Positions 26,981 through 41,007 of a stretch of 64,000 nt of DNA are shown piece by piece. The stretch lies in assembly GCA_013265495.1 (NCBI GenBank), contig MU058205.1, positions 446,312-510,311 of the forward strand, written 5' to 3'. The notes beneath the pieces were generated by a model. The model saw only the letters and a program-made list of their open reading frames with translations. It had not been told where the DNA came from and made no database searches. Source of the stretch: Vicugna vicugna (taxonomy: Eukaryota). Made by a program: the position numbers and the translations under genes. The stretch's first letter is position 1. The number at the start of each line of letters is the position of its first letter.

Positions 26981-28184
26981 CTAATAATCCAGCCATAGGT
27001 GGTTGGTTAGATAAATTATGGCATACCATGTGTAACTGAATCACTTTGCTATAGATCTGAAACTAATGTTGTAAATCAACTATGTACATTACAATAAATT
27101 TTTTTTAATTATGGTATACTGATCCATTTTGAAATGCTGTAGGAAAATATGTAATGACACAAAAAATATTCACAATCTATCATTCAATGCAAAGCAAGTT
27201 ATGAACATTATGCAAAGTATATAAACACAGATATAAATGTATATCTAGAGACACACATAGAAACACACTGGAAGCCTGAATACCAAATTGGTGAGAATAC
27301 AGGATATTTAAATTTCCTTCCTTTTGTGTATCTGTATTTCATAAGTTTTCTAAAATGAGTTCTCATTCCTACTGGATTAAGGAAAATGATAAACGCTATT
27401 ATATTTAATAACATAAAGGAGTCGGCGGAGAACTGGATGCTGCCTGGTGGTTCCCGAGCAGGGCTCTGTCCCACCCCAGCTCCTCTACCCACTCCCCTGG
27501 GGCACAGAGCTGGTCCTTCCTCTTCCTGACCCTGGGCTCCTCCTGCCTTGGAAGCCACCGCTAGTCTCTGGGGGCGGTGGGGTGAGAAGGGAGGGAGCTT
27601 CTCGTGCTCCTGGGGGTTGGGTAGGGATGTGATGCCTCTGGTGTCTTCTGGCCCCCAACACTCCCAGCACAGGCTGCTTAGGTTCTGAGTGCACAAGCGA
27701 GCAGCCACCTTACCACCATCCATCCATCCACTGTTTCTATGAGATACATTTCAGGCTCCAAACAATTGACCTGCTAGCAAATTCCAGCACCTAGCACACG
27801 TGTGAACTGGGAACTGCCCATTTACCCCTTTAGGTAACTTGGGGTTGCTTGGTCACAGCCAGCAGTGGGGATTCCTGGAGGAGAGCTGCTCTCGAAGTTT
27901 CCACTGGCAGTGACCACATCCCACTACTGCCCTCACACCGGCCCTGCGGTCATGAAGACCCGCAGCCGCGTCACAGGGGAGCCAACGGGCCTCACTGACC
28001 TCACCTCTGAGACGGCGGGCGTGGGAGCTGCTAACCCCGCCCTAATCGCCACCTCCTAGGAGACAACACAACTAGGACTTGCAAGACCTCACCGGCTGCT
28101 GTCTCAGGAGGCCCTGTGCCCTGGCCGAGAACGGCTTGTAGACAGGAGAGCCCAGGTCAGGGCCCAGGAACAGTCCTCCAGGCC

Positions 28185-28380
28185 AGGGAGCCAGCAAAGT
28201 ACGGCCCAAAGGCCTTCTTGTAAATAAAGTTTATTGACACCTAGTCTCCCTCATTTGCTAACTATTACCCATGGCTGCTTCTGAACTACAGTTACGTAGC
28301 TGTGAGAGAGGCCTTGCAGCCTGCAAAGTCTCAAATATTTACTCTCTGTCCCTTTGCAGAAGGGTGCCAACCCCTGCTCT
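28185..28380. mobile_element. MER58A-like hAT-Charlie MITE
   Basis: GCAAAGTACGGCCC...GTAAATAAAGTTT...AAATATTTACTCTCTGTCCCTTTGCAGAA...CCCCTG. Confidence 0.7.
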
Positions 28381-28484
28381 AGACGTTGGGAAGTGGCTGG
28401 AGTCCATCCTTCTCTCTGGGCACAGTCCCCAGGAGATGCCCCAGCACCGCATCTCAGAAGCCATCACTGCTTTTTTTCCCCTTA

Positions 28485-28623
28485 ATTTTTTTTTGTTGGG
28501 GTGGGTGGGGGATTGGGTTTTATTTATTTTTACTTACTTATTTTTAGAGGAAGTACTGGGGATTGAACCCAAGACCTCACGCATGCTAAGCACGCACTCT
28601 ACCACTTAAGTACACCCTGCCCC
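28485..28623 (-). mobile_element. vic-1-like SINE
   Basis: Antisense TACTGGGGATTGAACCC...CATGCTAAGCACGCACTCTACCAC. Confidence 0.85.
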
Positions 28624-29595
28624 GTTCCCCAACCCACCGCTTTTCAAGGAGAGATGCAGAGGGGTTGGGGGTGCGGAGTTTGGGGGAGAAACAAGTGAGG
28701 GAGAGCTAAAGATGATTTAAGATCAGTAAAAGAGAAGGCATCTCAAAAAATTACATAAATTCATAAGTGTATGTAATTAGATGTAGAAAATTATGGTCCT
28801 AATGCAAAGTTTTCACTAGTGCCTAAGTCAAGCACATCTGTTGCAGATCAGCAGGCTTAATAAGAATTATAAGAAGAATAACAAATCACATGAGTGTCTA
28901 GAGTGATTCTTTGTAGTTGGTCCAGAACACTTTGCCCTATTCCTTCATCCACTGTCAACACCCGGACAGGAGCTGCTAGGCCCATCGACAGACGAGAAAA
29001 CAGCTTAAGCTATAACAGAACTGGATTTGAGGTTTCTCAACCTCAGGTGACCACACAATTGTTCATCTAATAAGCCTTTTGTGAGTGAATGGGGGTACAA
29101 TGAATGCACTCAGACAACAGGTAACCAGAACTGTCCCAGGCACACAAGAATCCTCACATTAAAAACTGGAGTCCAGAGAGAAACTGGAAGAGGAAACTTC
29201 ACTTTGTGTAATTTTCAGCAAGTCAAATACCACCTAAATTATTTCTTGGGACTCTGGAATGCAGAAAATAGAAAAACAGAGGTTGTCATTCAGAAACCTC
29301 ACATGCCCCGAATCCTAGGAAGTGTCTCAGCTGCCCAGTTCCAGACCTGGAGCCACAAAGCAATTAGCCCATCAAGCTGTTGTCGGAACTTCCGAAGCAG
29401 GCAGAGTTCTGAGGAGGGAACGGCGTGGAGGCAGGGAAGCAAGACCTGCAGCCAGAGGCACTCTGAAATCAGCGGGGAAGGGGGGCAGGTCGAGGGCTGA
29501 AAGTTTCTATTCTTGGTGGGGGCGGGGACCAGCCTTTGCGGGCTATTCATCTTTGTATCTTTTACCGTCACTCAAGAGACATCTTATAAATGTTT

Positions 29596-30075
29596 TGTCG
29601 ACCGAAATAAAATGCACAGCCTAAAGGCTGACAGCTATGTTTTACTCGGCAGATTTCGTTAGGACTGGAGCCCGGGACACAGCATCTCAGATCACTCTAA
29701 GAAGCTGTCCCAAAGTGGCAAGTTAGAAGCCAGGATATGTGAGTTTTTGCAACAAAGACCAGATAGTCAGAACATCAAAAGATTACTGTTAATGAAAGAA
29801 AACAAGGTATCTCAAGGAATTTGGCGCTTTTCTGTGTATGGGAAGGTGCAAAGGCTTGGGCTCATGGAAATGAGTCCTTTGAGATGCCCCTGGCTATTCT
29901 GCTCTTCCACATCCTGAGTTCCCTCAGGGTACATGGTTGGGGGTGGTTGCAAAGGCCAGGCTACTTGCTTATCTGCATCTTAAATTCCCTTCACTCACTG
30001 TAAGGGGGGGTAGCGGTTGATGACTTGATGGCCACTGCATTCTTTGTTTACTAGTATGGCTAGCAATATTTACAG
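29596..30075 (-). mobile_element. ERV1 solo LTR (MER41-like), same family as 51872-52391
   Basis: Reverse complement aligns along its length to 51872-52391 (e.g. CATCCTGAGTTCCCTCAGGGTAC, GAACATCAAAAGAT). Confidence 0.75.
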
Positions 30076-30454
30076 TTTGATGAATGAATGATTGAATGTC
30101 TTTCCTTGAAAGGAATTTAGGCAACAGAGTTACTAGGTTCAATATTGAAACAGTATTTGTAGTCATAAACCAAAGCTTCAGAGGCCTCCATGACTTATAC
30201 TGTTTTCCTCTACTTTATCCAGATAATTCTCCCAAGTTCTATAAAATTAGGATAATAGTAATATGTATACAATTATATTATGGAGTTGATGTGATGATTA
30301 AAAGAGTGAATATATGCAAAGTGCTTAGAATAACACCTCCCCCATAGCAAACGTTATGTAAGTGGAGATGAAGGTGAGTTGACGGTGGAGGCGGTGTAAG
30401 TGATGGAGATGGTGGTGGTGGTGGATAATGATGGTAATGAAGTCATGAAGGCAG

Positions 30455-32861
30455 CTAGGGGGAAAATTACCTACACAGGGTGAGAAACAATAATGATTAT
30501 AGCTGCCTTCTTTAGAAACCATGGAAGCCAGAAGACAGTGGAGATACATCCTTGCACTACTGAGAAAAAAACCCTGTCCGCCTAGAATTCTATACCAAAC
30601 GAAAATGTCTTGCAAAAATGAAAGCAAAAATAAAAGACTTTTCACACAAGCAAAAGCTGAGATAAGGTATTGCTGGCATAGCTGCTGTATAAGAAATGTT
30701 AAATTTCTTCAGGCAGAAGGGAAATGATACCACATGGAATTTGGGATCTCAAAAGAGAAAAAAAAGAGAGAGAGAAAAGAAAGAAAGAAAGCATAGCAGG
30801 GTAAATACGTGGGTAAATATTTTTTTAAATCTTCCTTTTTTAAACATAATTTTTGATTATTTAAAGCAAGGATTTACAAACTATAGCCTCTAGGTCACAA
30901 CTTACCCACTGCCTGTTTTTGTAAATAAAGTTTTATTGGAACACAGTCACACCCCTTTATTTACTTGTCATGGTGGCTTTTGCGCTACAGTGGTCAAGTT
31001 AAACAGTTGTAATGGAGACTATACGGCCCTCAAAGCCTGAAATATTTACTACCTGGCTCTTTACAGAAGAAGTTTGCCAAACCTGGTCTAAAACAAAAAA
31101 CTCCAGAGGATTATGGGGTTTATAACATAAGTTGTAGATATGAAATAAATGGCAATAATAACACAAAGGAGGAAAGGAGAGACGGACTGTTGTATGATTT
31201 TTATACTGTGCATGGAGGCAGACTGTGACAAGTTAAGGATGTATATTGTAGACGCTAGAGCAATGAGCAAAGAATAATAATAAGAAAGAAAGAAAAGGTA
31301 TGATAAGTAAGCCAAGAGCAGAGATAAAGTAGAATTGTAAAAAAAATTTAAAATTTTAAAAATAATAATAATAATAATAATAATAAAGTACTGAATTAAT
31401 CCAAAAGAAGGCAGGAAAAAGGACAGGAAATAAGAGACAGATGGCACAAATAAGGAAAAACTGCAAGACAGTAGGTTGAACGCAACTTCATGAAGAATTA
31501 CATTAAATAAATGGTCTAAACACTCCAACTAAAAGGAAGAGCTGGTCAGGTGTATTTTTTTCAGCAAAGCAAGTCTCAATCTATGCTATCTACAAGAAAC
31601 CCAATTTAAAGTTATAAATAGGTTAAAAAATAAAAGTAAAGGGCTGGGGAAAGATAAGCCATATAGACAAAATAATTTAAAATGGTGAAGAGCCTCTATT
31701 TACAGCAGACAGAGTAGACTTCAGGACAAAGAATATTATCAGGGACAAAGATGAATGTTTTACAGAGTAATGTACAGAAAAGTTGTCAGCAGAGAAGTTC
31801 TGAATTCTCATTACAAGGAGATTTTTTTTCTCTTTTCGTTTTGTTCTATCTATGTGAGATGATGGATCTTAACTAAACCTATTCTGATAATCACAGATAC
31901 ATACATCAAACCGCCATGCTCGGCACCTGAAACTTACACAGTGATGTATGTCAATGACTTCTCAATAAAACTGGGAAGAAAAAGATAAATGTTACATTAT
32001 AACCAATGGGTCATTTCTTCAAGCCATAACGAAGCCAAATGCATGTGCTCCTAATGACAGAGCTTCAAAACACAGGAAGCAGAACTGATAGAAAAAAATA
32101 GACAAATGCAAAACTGTAGTGGGAGATTCCAACATTCCTCTCTTAGTGATTGCTAGGACAAGCAGACAGAAAATCAGCCAGGATAAAGAAGGTCTCAACA
32201 GTGCTATCAACCAACCTGGCCTGACACTGACAGATCTCTCCACCCCACGATAGCAGAATCCACGCTCTTTCCAAGTGCACCCGGAACATTCACCAAAATA
32301 GATTATGTTCTTGCCTCAAACAAATCTCAATGAACTTAAAGAGATTGAATTCATACCAAGTATATTTTCTGACCACAATAGAATTCAACTAAAAATCAAC
32401 AACAGAAGTAAAATTTGATGACAGCCAGTGTTGTCTAGAGTGTAGAGAAACAGCATTCTCATGCACTGAGGCAGGATGAAAATTAGCATAATGTTAATAG
32501 CACAATTAACACTCAGAAGGTTAATTTGGCTCCGTGTACCAGAAATTTACAATGTGCATTCGTTTAACCCAGCTATTCTAGTTCTAGGAATTGTGCTAAG
32601 GAAATAACCACTGATGTGGCCAAAGACTTAAGTACCAGAAGGTTCAACACAGTGGTATCATTAATAGAAAAAATGTGGGGAGAATATCTTAAATGTCCAA
32701 TAATAGTAGATAAAATAAATCTTCATATGGTCATCCAGTAGAATACTATGTAGTAATTTTAAATATCTTTATAGAGCAATACTAGCATAGAAAAATGTTC
32801 ACCCATAAAATGTTAATGTGAAAGAAGTGGATTATGAAACAATATATACAGTATGTCTCAC

Positions 32862-32892
<31 letters not shown>

Positions 32893-33050
32893 TGAAAAGA
32901 CAAAACATGGTAATGTTAACCTCAATTATCTCTGATCATGGAGTAACAGGTCACTATAATTTTCTTCTTTATGCTTCTCTATAAAAACCAAATTCTCTGG
33001 AATTAATATGCATTGCTTTGAATCAGGAAAAGAAGTTTTATTTAAGAACC
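30455..33050 (+). mobile_element. Fragmented ancient L1M (ORF1 end, ORF2 start and 3' end), with nested MER58A (~30867-31086) and a short L1 3' piece (~31770-31985)
   Basis: GAAACCATGGAAGCCAGAAGACAGTGG (ORF1 end); GTGGGAGATTCCAACATTCCTCTCT and GAACATTCACCAAAATAGA (endonuclease region). Confidence 0.75.
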
Positions 33051-34479
33051 GTGTTCTGTTATACTCAGTTTGAAATGCATTTTTAACTGAAATGTACTGC
33101 TACATTTATACCGAGGTTTTGTTTCTTTTTTGTTTAAATGGAACTAGTAACCCGCCAGCACTCTGCTATTAATAACTCTGGGGGCAGGAATGGGTAGGAA
33201 GTGAGGGAGGGGACAGGAGCAAAAAGCTTCTAAGAATCAGAAGAGGTGCCAGCTAGGCAAGGGGGACTTCAGAATGCCAGTTTAAGCCACAGAGCACAGA
33301 AACACATGCGCACATACCCATACTCATGGGAGTGGGGGTGGGGACAGAGAGACCTAGGCAAAGAGACAAAGAGAGAAACAGAAATACTAAGAGGGAGAGA
33401 GCGCGAGAGCGTGGGCTTTGGCCAGCAGGCAAGAGTAAGTCCCTCTGGATCTCCTCCTGGCAGGACCACCTGTGACATTGTGGCACTAACCTAGCTCTGT
33501 CTCAGGACTCATCACACCTAAAACTCTACCAGAGGGCCTCGCCTTTAGGTTAAAGAGCTACTTTCTAGAGTGATGACCCAGAGGAGGAAGGGCTACTGGA
33601 GTTCCAGGGAGGATCTCGAGGTTGCCCGAGACCCTGGAGGTGAAGCAGGCTGGGATGACGCGTCCTCTGAAATGTGAGAGCTGACCTCGTCACCCACACT
33701 GGGACCCACCGCCCCAAGGTGTGGGCGGAGACCACAGACGTTGGCGTTGCTGTAAAGGAATCTGTGTTCCTCAGGCAACTCCTCCCCAATCCTCTCTCAA
33801 ATCTTCAGCTTTCTGGAGACAGCTCTTCCCACTCATGCACAACCAGAGGATGTACTTGTAAGCCCTGGCACCTGTCTGCAGTAAGTGTCATGCAGGGATG
33901 CCTGCTGTCATCCCTCATGATAAACCAGAGCTTCCTATAGACAAGGTCACCTGTTCCAACAGCAGTGTCACTTTCACAGAGTACGACCGTATATATCCCT
34001 CTGCCCTTTTTCTTCAAGCTTTACAAAACTGCATTAGGACTGTTAGCCAAACTCAATACTTGAGAGGCAAGTGTTGGTAGAAATGGGAAAACATTGCTTT
34101 TAATCAGAAAGCTGGCAATCTGAAGCTTTCAGATTCAGGGGAGAAGGCGGCCCCAGTGTCCCCAAAAACCAACTCCAATGATTTTGCTTGGCCGTGAAAG
34201 TTTCTAACACGTTGATCACCACGTCACCCAAATCTGGGTGAGAGCTGTGTTTCCTTGGGGGCACCTGATCCACAGTGGATGGTCGATGTGCTAAAGGGAA
34301 AAGGGGAGTGACCTCAGCTAATCTTTGAGCTTGGGGGTCAGAGTTGTTACCATCCCCCACTGCGTGCTTGTTGACTTCTTGTGATCTTTCTTTTTTTGTT
34401 TGTTTTGTTTTATTTTGTTTTTGTGATCTTTCTTTAGACGCTCTTGTTCACACAGTTTGTTCATGGGATTACTGAAGGG

Positions 34480-35308
34480 GAAGCTAGGGCAGAGATCTGG
34501 TCATCTGTTAATTATTCCGTCTTCATTTCTGCTTCTTTGATCTATGGAAAGAACCAACAGGTTAGGCAAGGTATAGTGTGATCAAAAGATTCGAAAGGTG
34601 TGCTTGGGTCGGAGGTGAGTAGAGCATGGAGGTGCCTAATTTAAAAGTTAGTTACAGTGTAGCTTTGCTCAACTGACAAGACAAAGGGATTTCCTGCTGA
34701 GGGTGGTTTCCCTGCAGAGAACTGCTTACAAATCCCCACTTGTCACAACATCATTCCGTTTCTTTGGGATTATGGGCGAAGTTCCGTCTTCTGTAACTGA
34801 TTCATGCTGAGAAAGGGTGTCGAGGTCTTAGAGTGAAAAATACCAGCACGGGTTTGAAACATCTCTTCGCTGACAGTTTTAGGTGTCCGATTATATATCC
34901 AGACAGAACAAGCTACAGTTGTTTTGATGCCCACAAAGATACTGATTATCATGATCAATAGTGTTAATCCCATTCTCCTGAGACCAGTTCTTGGAACTGT
35001 GCTGGCCAGAGATTCAGTCCTGCTCAAGGTGGAGCAGCCTGTGTCATGGCTGCAGTATGGTCATCATGCAATTAGCTTTTTCCCTCTGGTGGCAGCTGCA
35101 GTATCTTTAAACCACTCAGAAGTGTGAGTCAGATACTGAAAGAGTCCGTGATTTTATTGTCCTAATCATTATCTGCTTAAGCCTGCTCTTCTGTGATTCA
35201 GGAAGGCCTGAGAAACTTCAGGTTTTCTACAAACAAGAGGCAGAGGACACAGAGTGGCCTTCGTACTGGGGTGGGTTTGGGGGATCCCACAGGGTTCTGC
35301 TTAGTTCT
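34480..35308 (-). mobile_element. ERV1-class LTR
   Basis: Minus strand begins AACTAAGCAGAACCCTGTGGGATCCC and continues TGTCCTCTGCCTCTTGTTTGTAGAAAAC, resembling cetartiodactyl ERV1 LTRs. Left boundary uncertain. Confidence 0.5.
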
Positions 35309-36654
35309 AGGACCAGCTTCTGTAGCTGGTGTGTTCAGTTAATCAAAATGATTTGTGAAGCCCCCTGATTCCCCTGAGGTCAGGCTTTATGAACAGAAGT
35401 TAACAGATACTGGACTATGGTGGCTCAAGATAACAGCTAGCCTCCCAAGGGACTTGGGAACTGGTGAGCTGGTCGGGCTCCCTAACCCCCATCTGGGAAG
35501 TAGGCAGAAATCAAGCCCAGAGTTTTGGGGTAACTCTGTCCTCCTGTCCAGGCTATGGGGCTGCCCTGCAGCTGAGAGACCTCAGCGGTGGGCTCAGCCC
35601 TGCCTCACCATCCACGCAGGCAAGTCTAGAAGCAAGGCCAGGAAATGGGAGCAGAAACTAAGTGCATTCCAAAAGTTTTAGTGTGTCCCCTCCCAAAGCA
35701 AAAAATATAGTGATTTCCTGTTTTGTGCCCAGCATTGCTGGGTTCTGGGGCTGCCAAGAAAAGCACCCAGGGTTACTGCCCTGAAGGGACTGGCTGTCTG
35801 CTTGGGACAAACAAGAAAGAAAAAAAAAAAAGCACACCTGCTTTGTAGGGCAGAGGACGTTTAAGCTGGACTTGGAAGGATGAGTAGGAATTTGCCAGAA
35901 ATAGAAAAGAGGAATGAAGCCCTGGAGAGGTGAGCAGGTGCGGTATGTTTAGGGGGTTTGAATGGAGTAAGCAGAATATTACAGGGGTTGCTGTCACATG
36001 AGGCTGGAGAGGAAAGGGCCAGATTATGACAGGTTTTATGCGCCATGCGAAAAACTTGCTCTCCACCCTTTTTGATAGTCGGGCATTTAGTCTGATCATA
36101 AAATAAAGATCCGATGTTTAACTAGAGCCTGGCTTTTTAAGCTTCATCTGATCTCTTAAAGATGAAAAGTGGCTTTCTTAACTCATTTCTTTTCTTTCTT
36201 CTTTCTTTTTTTTTTAACCTCTAGTGAATGTTTTCACCACCATCACTTCTTAGATTCGCTTACTCTGACACAAATTTGCTTAACAATGGAATCATTCATT
36301 TCTTTATTTCTCAATATTGTCCTTTTGAAGGTTTTCAGATTTTATAAAAATCTGAATGCTCCTGGCTATTGTTATTCAAGGAAAGCCTGAAGGTACTCCA
36401 AAGCATAGCAGAGCGGACAGCTTCGGGGTGGGCAGGGGAGGGGGGGACAAAAGAGACTGTGTTAGATCTACTCATGGGCTCTGCCACCAGGAGGGCTGGG
36501 AGCAAGATAAAAATGTGCAGCCGGAAATGGAGCTGAGTTCTATGCTAATATGAGCAGTGAGCCCTGCTGCGCGGTATCCGCAATGTGTCCCCCAAAAAGC
36601 TAAGTACATAACCACTCAACAAACAATGAGTGCCTTTTTCTTTCTCTTTCTGGT

Positions 36655-36822
36655 TCATACTGTACAGCACCAGCAACTATATTCGATACCTTGCAGTAGC
36701 TCACAGTGAAAAAGAATATGAAAATGAATATATGGATATTCAGGTATGACTGAAGCTTTGTGCTGTAACCAGAAATTGACACAACAGTATAAACTGTACT
36801 TCAGTATTAAAAAAAAAAGAGC
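36655..36822 (+). mobile_element. Young L1 3' end fragment
   Basis: TACTGTACAGCAC...AACTATATTC...GAAAAAGAATATGAAAATGAATATATG...CTGTACTTCAG and poly(A). Confidence 0.8.
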
Positions 36823-37499
36823 GACATAAACAAAAAATGATTCAGTGCTTCCTAATCTCCCCCCGCCCACCACTCATCCCAGGTGGCTTTAATGCCAGCT
36901 CTGCACCGAAGCCTCCACAGTTCATTTCCCTGACTCTGACCTCTCCTGACTCATACGTCCACCTGCCTACTCCGCATCCCTGCTGCTCACACCTGACAAA
37001 TCTTGCCGTCTGCATCCCTCATGTGGCAGATTTCATTTCTTAAAAATGGGCACCACAGTGTCTCCCACCCCATATACTCCCCTGCGGTGTGGTGCTGACA
37101 CCCTCCCATCCAGTGCCAGGGTCTGTGTCCCCTCCCTTTGAACCTGGCCGACCTTTGTGACTCCTTCAAGCAATAGAGGACAGTAGAAATGAGCCAAGGG
37201 ACCTCCAGGGCTGGGGCAGGAAATGTCTGGGGAGCCTCACTCTCAGAGCCCAGCCACCAGGCTGTGAGGGAACCAACACCCACAAGAAGAGGGCAGGTGG
37301 GAGCTCTGGAGGTCACCCTCAGACACATGAATGGTGAGCCTCAGATGCTTCCAGCCAGCATTTGAGCTGCCTCAGCCCATGCCCCCGGGGCCCACTAAGT
37401 GCCCCCTGAGTTCTGCCCATATGGCAGACTTGTGCGCAGACCTGAGGTCTGTGACTCAGCAGTAGACAGCTGGAGCCCCCCAACCCAGCTCCTCCCGCA

Positions 37500-38330
37500 C
37501 CCTCCCTTTCTCAGGTGATGGAACCATCATTTACCCCGCGGCTCTGGCCAAAATCCAGATTCATGGTCTCATCTTATATCTCATCTATCAGCAAATCCCC
37601 TTGATTGTACCTTCAGAATATATCCATATATATATATATGTGGATATATATATATATCCAGAATCCATCCACTTCCTATCACCTCACTGCCCACCATCCA
37701 ACGCCCCAAGCCTCCATCACCTCTGGGACTGTTGCCACAGCCCCTATCTGCCCTCTGTTCCTCCAGCTCGCCCCTCGACGGCCTATTCTGCACACAGCCA
37801 CGCAGTCTCAGTGCCTCCTGTGAGTCGTTCACTCACAGTAAAAGCCAAAGCCCGCTCAGCAGCCAGCGAGACCACAAGCCCAGCCCTCACCCTTCACACG
37901 CCCAGCCATGCTGTGGTCTCCCCGGCCCCTGCCTCTGTCCCGCACCCCTAGCACGCTCCCATCTCAGGGTCTTTGTCCTGCCCCCACCTCCTCCTGGAGG
38001 GCTCTCCTGGACAACCACAGGCGCTGCTCCCTCCCCACCTTCAGGTCTCTGCTCAAAGGTCTCCTTATCGGAGAATCCCATCACTATCCAAAAAACTGGC
38101 CCCCAGCCCCATCCGCCAGCAGCAGGCTGGACCACCCTCTGCTGTATGTGTCACTTTTGTCATGGTCCACGCCCTTTATGTATTCATTTGCTGATGTTCT
38201 GTCTCCTTGCACAAGCAAGCGTGCTGTCTGAGGCAAGAATGTGGCTTCACTCTCTGCTGCAGCCGCAAGAACCAGGACAGACCCTGAAACTGGTGGGCGT
38301 ACAGTATGTGCTAGCCAGGTGGATGAACGG
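37500..38330 (+). mobile_element. L2 3' region
   Basis: CATCTATCAGCAAATCC...CCAGAATCCATCCACTTC...CACCTTCAGGTCTCTGCTCAAAGGTCTCCTT...GGATGAACGGATG end. Confidence 0.7.
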
Positions 38331-40034
38331 ATGGCTCTGAAACCAGCAGCAAAGGTACTGTCAGCACTGCGGGGGTCAGCCAGGGGAGCCCACCTTTGTT
38401 TCTGCTCCCTTAACACAGGTTTTTTAATTTATTTTTTGCTGGGCAGCACAAGACAATTTGACTTCTTTCAAAGAAAATCCACCAACGCGTCCCTAAGATG
38501 GAACATACTGAGAGACTGGCCTCACTGCTGGGTGCCCTCTGGTGTTGAGTAAGACGTTAGAAAATCCCCTGCCTCTTCTGCCTCTAGGCTTCCTGATGTC
38601 CTCAAAGACATCAGATCTAAGCCGCAAGCGCCCACGTACACGACTGAGCGGAGCGGCTACACGCCGAGCCCCGCCGGAAGCCGCCCTCCAGGTGCGCCGG
38701 CGCCTCCCGCTGCTCTGCAGGCCGCTCCCCGTGCGCCGTGCAAGCTGCGTGACTGTGTCTGTTCAGAAGGAAAAGTCACCATTTACAGTAAGAGCTTACC
38801 TTATCGCAGGCCATTATTCTTTTGACAACCAGAAGATTTTTAAATCACATGAGTAATGTATACACCTTCTAGAATCATTAGAAAACATTAAAAAATTTTC
38901 AAAATCCTACCACCCGGAGGTAACCATTATTATCATTTTGATGCGTATCTTTTTACCATTTGGTCAATGTATTTATACATTTATTTGTATTTTTTCTTAT
39001 TAAAATGGAACCATGCCAAGGAACTGCTTGAAATCTGCTTTTCCCCTTAACATGCAGGAAGATTTCAAAGCTGGGTAGAGCCTTTGCAAGTCCTCAAAGC
39101 GGTTTCTCACTTCTCTCATACAAAACATGATGTTTGGGGGAAAGAAACCAACACATGGGCTCAGGGCATCTGGATCCTGTTCCCTGTTAAGCAGAGTACT
39201 AAATGATGGGACATTGTGGGTAAAGACACTTTAATTTTCAGAGCCTCCTGTTTTCCCTTTTTGTTAAAATGGGATGAAAATCTACTACTGCTACACACAG
39301 ATCAGCTCTGAAGCTTTTCCCTTTGGTGCTAACATGTTAAGGAACAAAAAATGGCAGAGAAGTTTCAGGTGTGGCATTACCCCACCACCCCAAGCGTATC
39401 AGGGATGCCCTGGAAACAGCTGAGGTCCTGGGGACTGCTGCAGACCCTTACCACATTTATTCAAAGGCTGAGTTGGGCATTCTTGCAGAAAATGCCATTC
39501 ATTCATTCATTCACTCAACAAATATACATTGAGCATCCATCCTGTGCCAAGTGCTGGGGAAGAAAAGGTTAGATAGACATGCCCGCTACCTACCTTCAAG
39601 GAACTCGGTCTGGTGGTAGTACACAGGCAAATAAATGGGCCTCTGACACAGCCCAGAGGCCGCTGTGGAATATGCAAGGCTACTAGAAAGCCGCGGCGGG
39701 GCTGCCAGCTGTGACCGGCGGGGAATCCACAGAAAGCTTCATGGAAGGCGTGACACCCTGAGTCTTGAAGAAGAAAGAAGACACCAGACTACAATGATTA
39801 GAGAGGAAGGCTGGAGATGGGAGGAAAGGACTTCAAGGAAGAGAAACCTACCTGTGCAAAACCCCACAGCATGTCTGGAAATTAGGAGGCATCCTGAAGC
39901 CCGGGAGCAAGAGGTGTGGAGTGCGTCCTGTGGCCGCTGGGACGCAGCTGAGAGTGAGTCAGCACACCCGACAGAAGGACTCCAGCTTGACCATCAAGAA
40001 ACTGGGCTCCATCCAAGCTCAGCCAATCACTCTT

Positions 40035-40535
40035 TTTTTTTTTAATAGACTTTACTTTTTTAGAGCAGTTTCAGGTTCTCAACAGAATTAAGCAGAAAAT
40101 ACAGAGTGTGAACATAGCCCTCCCCACCCACACATATATACTCCCCTCCCCTCAACACCCCTCATCAGTGGGGCATATTTGGTACAACTGATGAATCCAT
40201 ATGGGCACATTATTATCAGCCAAAGTCCATACATTAGGGCTCACTCTTGATGTTGTACATTCTGCGGGTTTTGACAAATGCACAATGACATGTAGCCACC
40301 ACTACAGTATCATACAGAGTAATTTCAATGCCCTAGAAATCCCTTGTGCTCCATCTATTCATTCCTCCCTCCTTCCCTCTCCCCAAACCCCTGGAAACCA
40401 CGATTGTTTTATAGTTTCTGTAGCTGTGCCTTTTCCAGAATGTCATTTGGTTGGAATCGTACAGTTTGCAGCCTTTTCAGACTGGCTTCTTTCATTTAGT
40501 AACACGTCTTTTAAGTTTCTTCCATGTCTTTCATG
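40035..40535 (-). mobile_element. L1MC1-like 3' end inserted with poly(A) and TSD
   Basis: Poly(T) then AATAGACTTTAC...GCCTTTTCCAGAATGTCAT. TSD TCAGC(C/T)A(A/C)TCACTCTT at 40019-40034 and 40536-40551. Confidence 0.85.
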
Positions 40536-40617
40536 TCAGCTACTCACTCTTGATGGGGCCTTGGACCAGCTACATCTCAGCTCCAAGACTTTCCTTATCT
40601 CTAAAATGGGAATAATA

Positions 40618-40755
40618 GGGGGAGGGGAGAGCTCAGTGGTAGAGGGCCTGCCTAGCACACACAGGCCCTGGGTGCAGTCCCCAGTGCCTCCACTTAAAAA
40701 ATAAGTAAATAAACAAGCCTAACTACCTAATCTTAAAAAAAAAAAAAAGCACTCT
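40618..40755 (+). mobile_element. vic-1-like SINE inserted in a MIR
   Basis: A and B boxes. Perfect 16-bp TSD TAAAATGGGAATAATA at 40602-40617 and 40756-40771. Confidence 0.9.
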
Positions 40756-41007
40756 TAAAATGGGAATAATACAACGCACTCCTTGCAGAGGCCTTATAAG
40801 GATTAGAAAGAACATGGAAAGTCCTGGCCACACAGGATACACTCAGTGTGGTATTAGAGTTGTTGTTACTGTTGCAAGTTGCAGTCACATTATGACATGC
40901 TGAGGAGATTTTTGTCTTGCAGGTACTGGGGTCATGGAAGGATTTTAAACAGGGAGTTAACATAATTCAATTTGTGTTTTATAGAGCTCTCTGTGGACCA
41001 GTGGAAA

